Shown here in pieces: positions 9,726 to 18,230 of a stretch of DNA of 64,000 nucleotides. A program made the position numbers and the translations under genes. The notes beneath the pieces are model-generated. The model worked only from the letters and a program-made list of their open reading frames with translations, did not search any database and was not told where the DNA came from. Every line of letters starts with the position of its first letter. Positions within the stretch are counted from its first letter, which is position 1. This stretch comes from a bacterium (lineage in GTDB: Bacteria > Patescibacteriota > Minisyncoccia > Minisyncoccales > CG1-02-41-26), in the NCBI GenBank assembly GCA_030619905.1, contig JAUXAO010000001.1:48348-112347 (forward strand), in the 5' to 3' direction.

Positions 9726-11573
9726 ATGAACAAAGTACTGCAAAATTTTCTCTTTGTCATTCTGATTTTTCTTTTAATATCTTCCCTTTTTGCTTTGTTT
9801 AACCCTCAGATTTTTGAAAAATCAGAAGAAGTTTCTTTTAGTCAGATTAGTCAAGATATTAATCAAGGAAATATAAAAGAGATTATTGTTTCCGGAGATG
9901 ATCTTTTAATCCTTTATCAAGATGGAAAACAGGTGACTTCAAGAAAAGAATCTGATTCTTCTTTAACTCAATCTTTAATAAACTACGGTGTTTCTCAAGA
10001 GAAAATAAGGGGATTTCAGATCAAGATAGAAAAAGAAAAAGGAAGTATCTGGGAATGGCTAATGCCTGTCTTGATTTTCTTACCTCTCTTGATCTTTATC
10101 TGGTTTTTTTGGACTATTTCTAAACAAGCCAAGGCAGGAGCAGGCCAGACATTCAGTTTTTTAAAGGCACCAGCCAAACTTTTTGGAAGCGGAAAAGCTC
10201 CGGGAGAAAAAGTTACTTTCAAAGATGTTGCCGGACTTGAAGGAGCAAAAGAAGAAGTAAAGGAAGTAGTTGATTTTTTGAAAAATCCCAAAAAATTCTG
10301 GAAAATGGGAGCCCGTATTCCTCGAGGAGTTCTACTGATAGGTCCACCGGGAACAGGAAAAACCTTATTAGCTAGAGCTGTAGCAAACGAAAGTGGTGTC
10401 CCTTTTTTCTCAATAGTTGGTTCCGCTTTTGTGGAATTATTTGTTGGAGTTGGAAGCTCTAGGGTAAGAAGTCTTTTTGAAACAGCAAAAAAGAACCAAC
10501 CAAGCATTCTTTTCATTGACGAAATTGATGCTATAGGTAAAACAAGAATGCCTGGAGTAGGTGGTGGTCATGAAGAAAGAGAACAAACTTTAAATCAAAT
10601 TTTGGCTGAAATGGACGGTTTTGAAAGAGACACTGGAGTAATTGTTATCGGAGCTACTAATAAACCTGATGTTTTGGATTCTGCTCTCCTCCGGCCGGGA
10701 AGATTTGATAGAAGAATTGTTCTGGATTTACCAGACATTAAAGGGAGAAAAGAAATTTTAAAGATTCACTGCCGAGATAAACCTTTATCTTTAGATGTTA
10801 ATTTAGATGAAATCGCCGAAAGAACACCAGGATTTTCTGGGGCTGACTTAGCAAATTTAGTTAATGAAGCAGCTATTTTCGCGGCTCGCAAAGATAAAAA
10901 ACAAATTTATCAAGAAGAATTTTTAGAATCAATAGAAAAAGTATTGTTGGGTCCAGAAAGAAAAAGTCATCTTTTATCAAAAAAAGAAAAGGAAATTTGC
11001 GCTTTTCATGAAGCCGGTCACGCTTTAGTTGCCGCTTCAATTCCTGAAGCAGAGCAGGTCAGAAAAATCTCAATTGTTTCCCGTGGAATGGTAGCTGGTT
11101 ATACTTTGGCCCTGCCTAAAGAAGAAAAAAGGATTAAAACCAAATCAGAATTTTTAGCCGAACTCTCTGTTCTCTTAGGTGGATTCTGTGCTGAAAAATT
11201 AAAATTTAAGGAAATCTCAACTGGAGCAACAAACGACTTAGAAAAAGTAAGTTTATTGGCTCGAAACCTGGTAACAAAATATGGGATGTCAAAACTAGGA
11301 CCTATCTCCTTTGGTAAGAGAGAAAGTATGCCTTTTCTCGGATGGGAAGCAGAAACTGAAAGAAATTACTCTGAAAAAATAGCAACCGCAATTGACAAAG
11401 AAACCGAGAGATTTATAAAAGAGGCCGAAAAGAAGACAATAAGGATTTTAAAAAAGAAGAGAAAAACTTTGGAGAGAATAGCTAAGGTTTTGATTGAAAA
11501 GGAAACAATTGAAAAAGAAGAATTTGAAAACTTGATAAAAAAGAAAGGAAAAATAAAGAAAGTAAAAAGATAA
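9726..11573 (+). CDS. ftsH: ATP-dependent zinc metalloprotease FtsH
   Basis: N-terminal TM segments, AAA Walker [12 protein letters not shown] region and the HEAGHA zinc-binding motif. Confidence 0.95.
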   Translation: MNKVLQNFLFVILIFLLISSLFALFNPQIFEKSEEVSFSQISQDINQGNIKEIIVSGDDLLILYQDGKQVTSRKESDSSLTQSLINYGVSQEKIRGFQIKIEKEKGSIWEWLMPVLIFLPLLIFIWFFWTISKQAKAGAGQTFSFLKAPAKLFGSGKAPGEKVTFKDVAGLEGAKEEVKEVVDFLKNPKKFWKMGARIPRGVLLIGPPGTGKTLLARAVANESGVPFFSIVGSAFVELFVGVGSSRVRSLFETAKKNQPSILFIDEIDAIGKTRMPGVGGGHEEREQTLNQILAEMDGFERDTGVIVIGATNKPDVLDSALLRPGRFDRRIVLDLPDIKGRKEILKIHCRDKPLSLDVNLDEIAERTPGFSGADLANLVNEAAIFAARKDKKQIYQEEFLESIEKVLLGPERKSHLLSKKEKEICAFHEAGHALVAASIPEAEQVRKISIVSRGMVAGYTLALPKEEKRIKTKSEFLAELSVLLGGFCAEKLKFKEISTGATNDLEKVSLLARNLVTKYGMSKLGPISFGKRESMPFLGWEAETERNYSEKIATAIDKETERFIKEAEKKTIRILKKKRKTLERIAKVLIEKETIEKEEFENLIKKKGKIKKVKR

Positions 11574-11578
11574 ACATT

Positions 11579-11650
11579 GGGCATGTAGCTCAGTGGTAGA
11601 GCGCCAAACTTATAATTTGGTGGTCCCAGGTTCAAATCCTGGCATGCCCA
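11579..11650 (+). tRNA. tRNA with anticodon TAT (reads AUA; tRNA-Ile UAU-type)
   Basis: GGGCATG TA GCTC AGTGGTA GAGC G CCAAA-CTTATAA-TTTGG ... GGTTCAAATCC ... CATGCCCA cloverleaf. Confidence 0.65.
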
Positions 11651-11654
11651 CCCT

Positions 11655-11728
11655 GGGCGCGTAGCTCAGTTGGTAAGAGTGTCGCTTTGACATAGCGGAG
11701 GTCACAGGTTCAACTCCTGTCGCGCCCA
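11655..11728 (+). tRNA. tRNA-Val (anticodon GAC)
   Basis: GGGCGCG TA GCTCAGTTGGTAAGAGT ... TCGCT-TTGACAT-AGCGG ... GGTTCAACTCC ... CGCGCCCA. Confidence 0.75.
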
Positions 11729-11740
11729 CTAAATAAAAAT

Positions 11741-12091
11741 ATGGCAGAAAAAACTGAAAAAATTATACAACCATTTCTAAAAAAAGATTTAGTTGATGTC
11801 CAACCAGGAAATACGGTCAAGGTTTATCAAAAAATTCCTGGAGAAAAAGAAAGGATCCAGGTTTTTGAAGGCGTTGTCTTAGCTAGAAAACATGGGAAAG
11901 GAATTTCCTCTACTTTGACAGTAAGAAAAATGGTTGGCGATGTTGGAGTAGAAAAAATCTTTCCTTTACATTCTCCAAATATTGAAAAAATTGAAGTTTT
12001 AGAGAGAGGAAAAGTAAGAAGAGCAAAACTTTATTATTTAAGAGAAAGAGTTGGTAAAAAAGCAAGATTAAAGAGGAAGAAAGATAAATAA
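11741..12091 (+). CDS. rplS: 50S ribosomal protein L19
   Basis: Conserved bL19 sequence over its whole length (…[13 protein letters not shown]…RIQVFEGVV…). Confidence 0.9.
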   Translation: MAEKTEKIIQPFLKKDLVDVQPGNTVKVYQKIPGEKERIQVFEGVVLARKHGKGISSTLTVRKMVGDVGVEKIFPLHSPNIEKIEVLERGKVRRAKLYYLRERVGKKARLKRKKDK

Positions 12092-12093
12092 AT

Positions 12094-12178
12094 GCCCAGG
12101 TGCTGAAATTTGGTATACAGGCTAGCTTGAGGTGCTAGTGAGCGTTAGCTCGTGGGAGTTCAAGTCTCCCCCTGGGCA
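12094..12178 (+). tRNA. tRNA-Leu (anticodon GAG), long variable arm
   Basis: GCCCAGG...CTAGC-TTGAGGT-GCTAG, variable arm, GAGTTCAAGTCTCC ... CCTGGGCA. Confidence 0.75.
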
Positions 12179-12183
12179 CAAAT

Positions 12184-12258
12184 GGGCACTTGGCGCAGTT
12201 GGTTTAGCGCGTCACGCTTACATCGTGAAGGTCGGGGGTTCGAATCCCTCAGTGCCCA
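12184..12258 (+). tRNA. tRNA-Val (anticodon TAC)
   Basis: GGGCACT TG GCGCAGTTGGTTTAGCGC G TCACG-CTTACAT-CGTGA ... GGTTCGAATCC ... AGTGCCCA. Confidence 0.75.
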
Positions 12259-12263
12259 CATTT

Positions 12264-12339
12264 GCCGCGGTAGCTCATGTAGTAGAGCGCAAAGCTGAAA
12301 ACTTTGAGGTAGCCAGTGCAAGTCTGGCCCGCGGCACCA
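12264..12339 (+). tRNA. tRNA-Phe (anticodon GAA), CCA encoded
   Basis: GCCGCGG TA GCTC...GAGC G CAAAG-CTGAAAA-CTTTG ... CCGCGGCACCA. Confidence 0.8.
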
Positions 12340-12412
12340 AAGAGTCACGTCCATTGACATAGGATTAGACACTGGTATATAATTAATAATACATACTAAC
12401 TAGTGTCTAACT

Positions 12413-13093
12413 ATGAATGAAAAAGGACGTAAAATTATTGCCCTTCGTAAGCAAGGAAAGACCTACGGAGAAATAGAAAATATCTTGAAATTACCCAAAA
12501 GCACAGTGGGCTGGTGGTTAAGAGGTGTCAAAATACCAAAGATGATAGAAAGACAAACACTCGAACGATGTAGAGAAAAATGGCGTAGAAATATTTCTGA
12601 CTATAATAAAATCTATGCCCAAATTCGCTCTCAGAAAGCAGCTAGAATAAGAGAAAAATATAAAGAAAAAGGATTTAGAGAAATTAAAAAATTAACCAAG
12701 AAGGATTTAAAAATAATCGGTGGCGCCCTTTATTGGGCTGAAGGAAATACCAAAAACAGACATATTTTGCGTTTCGCAAATTCTAACCCAGAGATCATAA
12801 GAATAATGATGAAGTTTTTTCGTAAACCTTGTAATATAGCTGAAGAAAAAATTAAAGCAAGAATCCATCTTTATCCAACAATAAACCAGCGTAAAGCGAC
12901 CAATTACTGGAAAAAGATTACTGGTTTACCTAAAAAGAATTTTCATCCACCCCAAATGCAAATAAGCCGAGCAAGTAAGGGCAAAAGGTCAAGAAATACT
13001 CTACCTTATGGAACTCTACACTTGACGGCCGGTAACACTGAAATTACTTGCAAAGTAAAAGGATGGATTAGAGCTATCTCTGAAAAAATTTAA
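12413..13093 (+). CDS. HTH-domain protein with a degenerate LAGLIDADG-like motif (possible homing-endonuclease relic)
   Basis: N-terminal HTH (KTYGEIENILKLPKSTVGWWLRGV). Internal IIGGALYWAEGNTK resembles a single LAGLIDADG motif. Sits between tRNA-Phe and tRNA-Gly. Confidence 0.35.
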   Translation: MNEKGRKIIALRKQGKTYGEIENILKLPKSTVGWWLRGVKIPKMIERQTLERCREKWRRNISDYNKIYAQIRSQKAARIREKYKEKGFREIKKLTKKDLKIIGGALYWAEGNTKNRHILRFANSNPEIIRIMMKFFRKPCNIAEEKIKARIHLYPTINQRKATNYWKKITGLPKKNFHPPQMQISRASKGKRSRNTLPYGTLHLTAGNTEITCKVKGWIRAISEKI

Positions 13094-13094
13094 C

Positions 13095-13166
13095 GCGGGT
13101 GTAGTATAGTGGTTATTATGCAACCTTGCCAAGGTTGAGGCGGCGGTTCGATTCCGCTCACCCGCT
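13095..13166 (+). tRNA. tRNA-Gly (anticodon GCC)
   Basis: GCGGGTG...CAACC-TTGCCAA-GGTTG ... GGTTCGATTCC ... CACCCGCT. Confidence 0.75.
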
Positions 13167-13236
13167 CCGCCAGGTCTTGACATTCAGTCTCAAATATGAT
13201 ATTTTGAGCAAATCCCTATTCCTTAGGGATTTTAAT

Positions 13237-13746
13237 ATGTTATCAAATAAAAAATGGTATTTGCTGATTTCCTCAATTTTGATAGGAGTTTTAGGAATTT
13301 TCCCCTTCTATCTGCCAAGCGGAAAGCAAGTAATGGCAGATGCTGAGATTGATTTAACCAACCAAGAGTTTTTGGATTTACAAGTCATCCAGCAAACAAC
13401 CTTACTTCCTTTAATCTCTCATTTATCTTCAGAAAATATAGAGACCCTGGAAAAATTTGAGGTAATAGTAACCGCTTATTCTTCCAGTGTTTGGGAGACT
13501 CAAGGAGATCCTTTTATTACTGCTTCCGGAGCCAGAGTGGAAGATGGGATTGTGGCTAATAATTTTCTTCCATTCGGAAGTCAAATTAGATTACCAAAAA
13601 TCTTTGGTGATAAAATTTTTACAGTGAAAGACAGAATGCATTCAAGGAAAGGCCCTTATCAAATTGATGTCTGGTTCTCCTCAAGAGAAGAGGCTCTAGA
13701 ATTCGGAGCTAAATTAACAGAAATGGAAATTGTAAAATTACCTTAA
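13237..13746 (+). CDS. 3D-domain (YuiC/MltA-like) cell-wall protein, N-terminal membrane anchor
   Basis: Starts at the first Met after tRNA-Gly; the track start 13126 overlaps the tRNA. 3D-domain pattern VTAYSS...TASGARVEDGIVAN..LPFGSQIRLP...FTVKDRM...IDVWFSS...EFG. Confidence 0.5.
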   Translation: MLSNKKWYLLISSILIGVLGIFPFYLPSGKQVMADAEIDLTNQEFLDLQVIQQTTLLPLISHLSSENIETLEKFEVIVTAYSSSVWETQGDPFITASGARVEDGIVANNFLPFGSQIRLPKIFGDKIFTVKDRMHSRKGPYQIDVWFSSREEALEFGAKLTEMEIVKLP

Positions 13747-13774
13747 TAGTTTTAATAAATATAAATTTTATGTA

Positions 13775-13805
13775 AAACTCCGCGACAGCATCGCGGAGTT
13801 TTTGT
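13775..13805 (+). terminator. Rho-independent terminator
   Basis: CTCCGCGAcagcaTCGCGGAG followed by TTTTTGTTT, directly after the 3D-domain gene. Confidence 0.7.
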
Positions 13806-14011
13806 TTCTCTTTTGTACACTATAATTGAAAATAGTTCTAAGATTTTTCGTCGCCGCAGGCGGCGAAAACAAGTCTCCATAATTTGCGACTCGCCTGCAA
13901 GTTATCGGTTAGAAAACAAAGCACGAAAAAACAGAATCTTTTCAAATTTCTGTTTCCAAGTTAACAATGAAAAATTTCCTTTTATTAAAATATGATTCAA
14001 GCCGATATTTT

Positions 14012-14233
14012 TTACAGGTTTTCTAATAGTTTTTCAGTAAAAATTTTTTTATTTAATTGCCAACCAATTTTTGAAGGGTAGTTTTGTTTTATATAATGCC
14101 GTCTTTTCATTAATTTCCATTTCTCAAAAATTTTGCGTTTTCGAGAAAGATACAAAGTTGGATTATTTCTATACATGGATTTAGCCAATTTCTCACAATC
14201 ATCAATATAGAGACAAATATCATATAAAATCAT
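14012..14233 (-). CDS. 73-aa ORF overlapping the LAGLIDADG gene stop by 4 nt (ATGA); possible detached C-terminal extension or frameshifted tail
   Basis: Start/stop overlap of 4 nt. A basic tail (KRKIFEKWKLMKRRHYIK) is typical of homing-endonuclease DNA-binding C-termini. Confidence 0.3.
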   Translation of the reverse strand: MILYDICLYIDDCEKLAKSMYRNNPTLYLSRKRKIFEKWKLMKRRHYIKQNYPSKIGWQLNKKIFTEKLLENL

Positions 14234-14778
14234 TCTAACTCCCTGTTTATCAATTTTTGATGCACAGACTTTGTAGAGATATTTAAATTTTTACAAAGTT
14301 GTTGATTAAATCCAGTAATAAAAGATAAACTGGAACTCACGAATCCGACTTTAATCTGTGGTGTTTTATTAACTTTATAAATATAAACTGATCCATCACC
14401 ATCAAAAAATCCTCGAACAAAATCAGAGAAGTATCTATTAGGAACCTTGATGGGTTTTAGATTGTTATAGGTTTTCTTGGGTATAATTCCCAGATTTATT
14501 AAACTTTTACAAACTTCTTTATTGGAAATTTGGATGAAAGAATATTTTTTTTCGCCAGTACAACTACTGCTTTTTAGTCCTAATTTGTATTGAGACGACA
14601 TCGCTTTTTGAATTTTCTCTAAATGTTTTCTATCCTTACTGGTGATATTCATTATATAAGAATCTTTTCTATCTTTACGTTTGCACACCGAACCATCAGC
14701 TACAATAAAACCTAATATATATGCCATATTAGATGACCATTGCTGAAAAAATTTAGTATTTATTCTTTGTTTTAACAT
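14230..14778 (-). CDS. LAGLIDADG homing endonuclease (two-motif, monomeric type)
   Basis: Two canonical motifs, LGFIVADGSV and RGFFDGDGSV, about 100 aa apart. Free-standing between tRNA clusters. Confidence 0.8.
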   Translation of the reverse strand: MLKQRINTKFFQQWSSNMAYILGFIVADGSVCKRKDRKDSYIMNITSKDRKHLEKIQKAMSSQYKLGLKSSSCTGEKKYSFIQISNKEVCKSLINLGIIPKKTYNNLKPIKVPNRYFSDFVRGFFDGDGSVYIYKVNKTPQIKVGFVSSSLSFITGFNQQLCKNLNISTKSVHQKLINRELE

Positions 14779-14791
14779 TTTAAAATTTCAT

Positions 14792-14878
14792 TGGTGCCCG
14801 GAGTGGGATTTGCACCCACACGGGGAGAATCCCCACTGGATTTTAAGTCCAGATCGTCTGCTGTTCCGACACCCGGGC
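14792..14878 (-). tRNA. tRNA-Leu (anticodon TAA), long variable arm, CCA encoded
   Basis: Reverse complement GCCCGGG...CTGGA-CTTAAAA-TCCAG, long variable arm, GGGTGCAAATCCCAC TCCGGGCACCA. Confidence 0.75.
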
Positions 14879-14897
14879 AAATTAATATTTTTACAAG

Positions 14898-14969
14898 AGG
14901 CCGGGGTGAGAATTGCACCCACGTATAGCGGTTTTGCAAACCGCTGCCTTGCTACTTGGCTACCCGGCC
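14898..14969 (-). tRNA. tRNA-Cys (anticodon GCA)
   Basis: Reverse complement GGCCGGG TA GCCAAGTAGCAAGGC A GCGGT-TTGCAAA-ACCGC ... GGGTGCAATTCTCAC CCCGGCCT. Confidence 0.7.
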
Positions 14970-15006
14970 TTACTTAACTTTATTAAAACTTATTTCTCAA
15001 GATTTT

Positions 15007-15357
15007 TCAATCTTTTTCTTCCCGGATTTTGTCCAAAATCTCCTCAATCTTCTGAGTTTCTACTAATTTAGATTCTTTAAGAAATTCTATTCTGGGAACT
15101 GGTCTCATTTTTAGACGTTTATCAAGTTTTTTTTGAAGATTGTAGATATTTCTTTTTAAAACTCGGAAAGCTAGGAAAATTTGATTTTCAGGTATTACCG
15201 AGACCCAAATCTTTGCTCCTCTTAAATCAGGTGAACTTTCAACATTAGTTATAGTTATCAAGGTGTTTCTCGGAAATTCAAGTTCTTTAAGAATTATTTT
15301 TCCTAATTCCCTTTTTAGAAGTTCGTTTACTTTTTGAATTCTTTGGGAGCTTGCCAT
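15007..15357 (-). CDS. rbfA: ribosome-binding factor A
   Basis: KH-like RbfA pattern (RIQKVNELLKRELGKII...RGAKIWVSV...). Confidence 0.75.
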   Translation of the reverse strand: MASSQRIQKVNELLKRELGKIILKELEFPRNTLITITNVESSPDLRGAKIWVSVIPENQIFLAFRVLKRNIYNLQKKLDKRLKMRPVPRIEFLKESKLVETQKIEEILDKIREEKD

Positions 15358-15382
15358 TTAATTATTAATCATTTATTAGTGA

Positions 15383-16870
15383 TCACAATTCTCCTTTTTT
15401 CCTTTCTTCTTCATATATTTTCAGGATGTCTCCTTGCTCAATTTTAATTTCAGTTTCAAATAATATTCCGCACTCATTCCCCTTAATGGCTCTTTCAATA
15501 TCTTTTCTATTTTGCTGGAGATTGATGATCTTTCCCTCCCCAATTACTTCTTTTCCTCTCAAAATTTCACACTTCTTTCCTTTTTCCATAAACCCATCAA
15601 TTACCCTGCCCCCAATGGTTTGGCGATTTTTTCTTTTGCTAAAAAGGTTTGATATTTCAATTTCTCCTAAATCTTTTCTTAAAATTTCGGGCTCTAATAT
15701 TTTTTCCATTGCCTCTCTTACTCCTTGAACTAATTCATAAATTATCTCAAAAATTTTCACCTTTACCCTTTTCTGGCGCAGAAGATTTAATCCTGAAGGA
15801 TCTACTTTTATCCTAAAACCAAAGATTTGTGCTTTTGACGACTCAGCTAATTTGATATCAACTTCTTGGATGTTTCCTACTTCGCTTTTCAAAATTCTTA
15901 AAATTACTTTTTCTTGGGGAATATTCTTCAAAATATCCTCGATCGCCTCTAAAGAACCCAGAACGTCTGTCTTAAGGATTATATTTAAAACTTTTTTTTC
16001 TTCTTCTACAAAAAGAACAGAGGAAATCTTCTTTTCTTTTTTTTCTATCCCTTCTATAGCTTGATTAATATTTCCATAGACTTTGAATTTATCTCCAACC
16101 CGAGGAGTTTTTTCAAATCCCAAAATACTAACCGGCTGAGATGGTTTAGCATTTTTTATCGGAAATCCTTGAAAATCCATCAAATTCTTAATTTTCCCCC
16201 AGGTTGAGGGAGTACCAATAATCTGTTGTTCTTTCAAATCTCCTTTTTCCAAAATTAGAGTAGCGATCGGTCCCTTTTTCTCGTCAAGATAAGCCTCAAT
16301 TATTGTCCCTTCGCCAAACCCGGAAATATCAGCTTTCAAATTTTCCATTTCAGCCACTAATAAGATTATATCTAAAAGCCCTTCTATACCTTGACCAGTC
16401 TTAGCTGAGAGTTCAATTGAAGGAACTTTACCTCCTAATGATTCAACCAAGATCTCATTTTCCCCTAACTCCCTTTTTGCTCTTTCTATTTGGGCTTGCG
16501 GTTTATCAATTTTATTGATAGCAACAATCATTGGGATACCCGATTTTTTAACAAGATTAATAGCCTCTTTTGTCTGAGTTTTCACTCCTTCATCAGCTGC
16601 AACTACCAAAACAACAATATCAGCCACTTTAGCTCCCCTGGCTCTCATAGACGAAAAAGCTTCATGACCAGGCGTATCAATAAAAGTAATTTTCTTACCA
16701 TCTTTTTCTATTTCATAAGCTCCTATATGCTGAGTAATTCCACCACTTTCCTTCTCCGTAATTTTCAAATCTTTAATTTTCTCTAAAATTGATGATTTTC
16801 CATGATCAACATGGCCCAACATAACGACTACTGGCGGTCGGTCTATTAAATTCTTATTCTCTTCTGTCAT
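15383..16870 (-). CDS. infB: translation initiation factor IF-2 (shortened, 495 aa)
   Basis: G-domain GHVDHGKSS, DTPGHEAF, NKID; followed by the domain II and C-terminal beta-barrels. Confidence 0.9.
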   Translation of the reverse strand: MTEENKNLIDRPPVVVMLGHVDHGKSSILEKIKDLKITEKESGGITQHIGAYEIEKDGKKITFIDTPGHEAFSSMRARGAKVADIVVLVVAADEGVKTQTKEAINLVKKSGIPMIVAINKIDKPQAQIERAKRELGENEILVESLGGKVPSIELSAKTGQGIEGLLDIILLVAEMENLKADISGFGEGTIIEAYLDEKKGPIATLILEKGDLKEQQIIGTPSTWGKIKNLMDFQGFPIKNAKPSQPVSILGFEKTPRVGDKFKVYGNINQAIEGIEKKEKKISSVLFVEEEKKVLNIILKTDVLGSLEAIEDILKNIPQEKVILRILKSEVGNIQEVDIKLAESSKAQIFGFRIKVDPSGLNLLRQKRVKVKIFEIIYELVQGVREAMEKILEPEILRKDLGEIEISNLFSKRKNRQTIGGRVIDGFMEKGKKCEILRGKEVIGEGKIINLQQNRKDIERAIKGNECGILFETEIKIEQGDILKIYEEERKKGEL

Positions 16871-16936
16871 ATAAAAGCATATTAACCCAATTAAGTATTT
16901 ATTTCAAGGAAAAACCGCCCTTTCGGACGGCAGTAG

Positions 16937-17030
16937 CGGTGGGTGCAGGATTCGAACCTGCGAGAGCTTTCGCTCACTGCTTTTCGAAAGCAGCACTTTA
17001 AACCACTCAGACAACCCACCTTTCTAGTGA
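16937..17030 (-). tRNA. tRNA-Ser (anticodon CGA), long variable arm
   Basis: Reverse complement GGTGGGT...CTGCT-TTCGAAA-AGCAG, variable arm TGAGCGAAAGCTCTC, GCAGGTTCGAATCCTGC ACCCACCG. Confidence 0.7.
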
Positions 17031-17986
17031 AAGATAGAAGGGAAATCATTATCCCATTTCACTTCTTTAGGCAAAAGAAAAGGAAAATTATTACCAAAGA
17101 AATAAACTAAAGAATTAAGCAATTTTCCTTTAATAATTTTTAACCTGAAAAAACTTTTAACCTTCCTATGATATTTTTCAAAATCAGGAAAATTATCTAG
17201 CAGAATATTAGATGCTTTCAATCCCCAGATTATTCCTCCTCCACTCCAAGGTTTTGTTAAACCCATGCTATCTCCGCAAAGAGTAATATTCTTTGTTTTT
17301 GGAATAATTAATCCTTGAGGGACTAAGCTGGTTTTTAATTCTGTTTTTGAAATATTGACTTTTTGTTTCAGGTAAAATTCCTTAAATCCCTTTTTAATTA
17401 AACCTATTTTCCCGATTCCTCCGTATTCTACTTCTTCACCTCTGGGAATTTTCCATAAAAATCCTGATTTTAATGGCCAAGTTTCCACTTGAAAAGAAGA
17501 ATCCTGACAAGGAATTCTGAAAAAAATCCCTTGACGGAGATAAGGTTTAGGAAGAAAAAGACAATCCCTTATCTTTGATAAAGCTCCATCACAACCAATA
17601 ATTCTATCAAAACCTTCAGGAATTTTACTGACAAATTTATTAAATTTTACTTGAACACCGGCTCTCTGACTAAACTCAAGTAAACTTTCATCAAGTTTTT
17701 TTCGGTTAACAACTAAGTGGGGTGTTTTTAAATTCAGAATTATGTCTTTTTTAGAAAAATGAATAATAAAAGAACTAATTCTATTAGTAGCTGTTGATTC
17801 TTCTAAAGGAATAAAATCTTTTAGTCGTTCTGAAATAAGAGAAGAACAAGGTTTTTCTCCGACTTTGGCTTTTCTTTCAAAAACAGTAACTTTATAACCT
17901 TTCTCAGCCAACTTCCAAGCTAAATATAATCCTATTGTTCCAGCTCCAACAATAGCAACTTTCATTCTTTTAGAGTTTGTTTTCAT
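17024..17986 (-). CDS. FAD-dependent oxidoreductase (geranylgeranyl-reductase-like family)
   Basis: N-terminal Rossmann VAIVGAGTIGLYLAWKLAEKGYKVTVFERK. Confidence 0.55.
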   Translation of the reverse strand: MKTNSKRMKVAIVGAGTIGLYLAWKLAEKGYKVTVFERKAKVGEKPCSSLISERLKDFIPLEESTATNRISSFIIHFSKKDIILNLKTPHLVVNRKKLDESLLEFSQRAGVQVKFNKFVSKIPEGFDRIIGCDGALSKIRDCLFLPKPYLRQGIFFRIPCQDSSFQVETWPLKSGFLWKIPRGEEVEYGGIGKIGLIKKGFKEFYLKQKVNISKTELKTSLVPQGLIIPKTKNITLCGDSMGLTKPWSGGGIIWGLKASNILLDNFPDFEKYHRKVKSFFRLKIIKGKLLNSLVYFFGNNFPFLLPKEVKWDNDFPSIFH

Positions 17987-17992
17987 AAAATA

Positions 17993-18064
17993 TGGACCCG
18001 GCGGGACTCGAACCCGCGATCTTTAATATGCCATACTAACGCTTTTCCTCTAAGCTACGGGCCC
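17993..18064 (-). tRNA. tRNA-Ala (anticodon GGC)
   Basis: Reverse complement GGGCCCG TA GCTTAGAGGAAAAGC G TTAGT-ATGGCAT-ATTAA ... GCGGGTTCGAGTCCCGC CGGGTCCA. The G3:U70 Ala identity pair is present. Confidence 0.65.
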
Positions 18065-18070
18065 TGTGTG

Positions 18071-18143
18071 TGCCCCTGATAGGAATCGAACCTATATTTA
18101 AGGCTTAGGAGTCCTTTGTTCTAATCCATTGAACTACAGGGGC
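18071..18143 (-). tRNA. tRNA-Arg (anticodon CCT)
   Basis: Reverse complement GCCCCTG TA GTTCAATGGATTAGAAC...AAGGA-CTCCTAA-GCCTT ... AGGTTCGATTCCT ATCAGGGGCA. Confidence 0.6.
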
Positions 18144-18149
18144 TGAATG

Positions 18150-18224
18150 GGTGGCCGACGCGACTCGAACGCGCAACCGCCGGGGCCACATCCCGGAGCT
18201 CTAGCCAATTGAGCTACGGCCACC
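18150..18224 (-). tRNA. tRNA-His (anticodon GTG) with an extra 5' G(-1)
   Basis: Reverse complement G-GTGGCCG TA GCTCAATTGGCTAGAGC T CCGGG-ATGTGGC-CCCGG ... GCGCGTTCGAGTCGCGT CGGCCAC C. G-1:C73 is the His hallmark. Confidence 0.75.
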
Positions 18225-18230
18225 ATAAAT

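Noticed and set aside
10016-10516. 166-aa ORF antisense to ftsH
   Set aside because: It lies fully within the highly conserved AAA domain on the opposite strand. Its P/S/T-rich composition is typical of antisense artefacts.
12132-12372. ORFs 12132..12362(+) and 12160..12372(-)
   Set aside because: They lie entirely over the tRNA-Leu/Val/Phe genes, and their GC-rich amino-acid composition is an artefact of tRNA sequence.
13126-13236. Upstream extension of the 3D-domain ORF to 13126
   Set aside because: It would overlap tRNA-Gly(GCC). The start was moved to the first Met after the tRNA (13237).
13813-13995. 60-aa ORF with an RRRRRK stretch, and a GC-rich hairpin (13842-13866)
   Set aside because: It is intergenic with no conservation signal. 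The hairpin has T-run/A-run flanks in the wrong orientation for an intrinsic terminator.
15426-16786. Several 70-100-aa ORFs antisense to infB, and similar ones antisense to gyrA (6310..6558, 7137..7343)
   Set aside because: They are embedded in well-supported conserved genes on the other strand.
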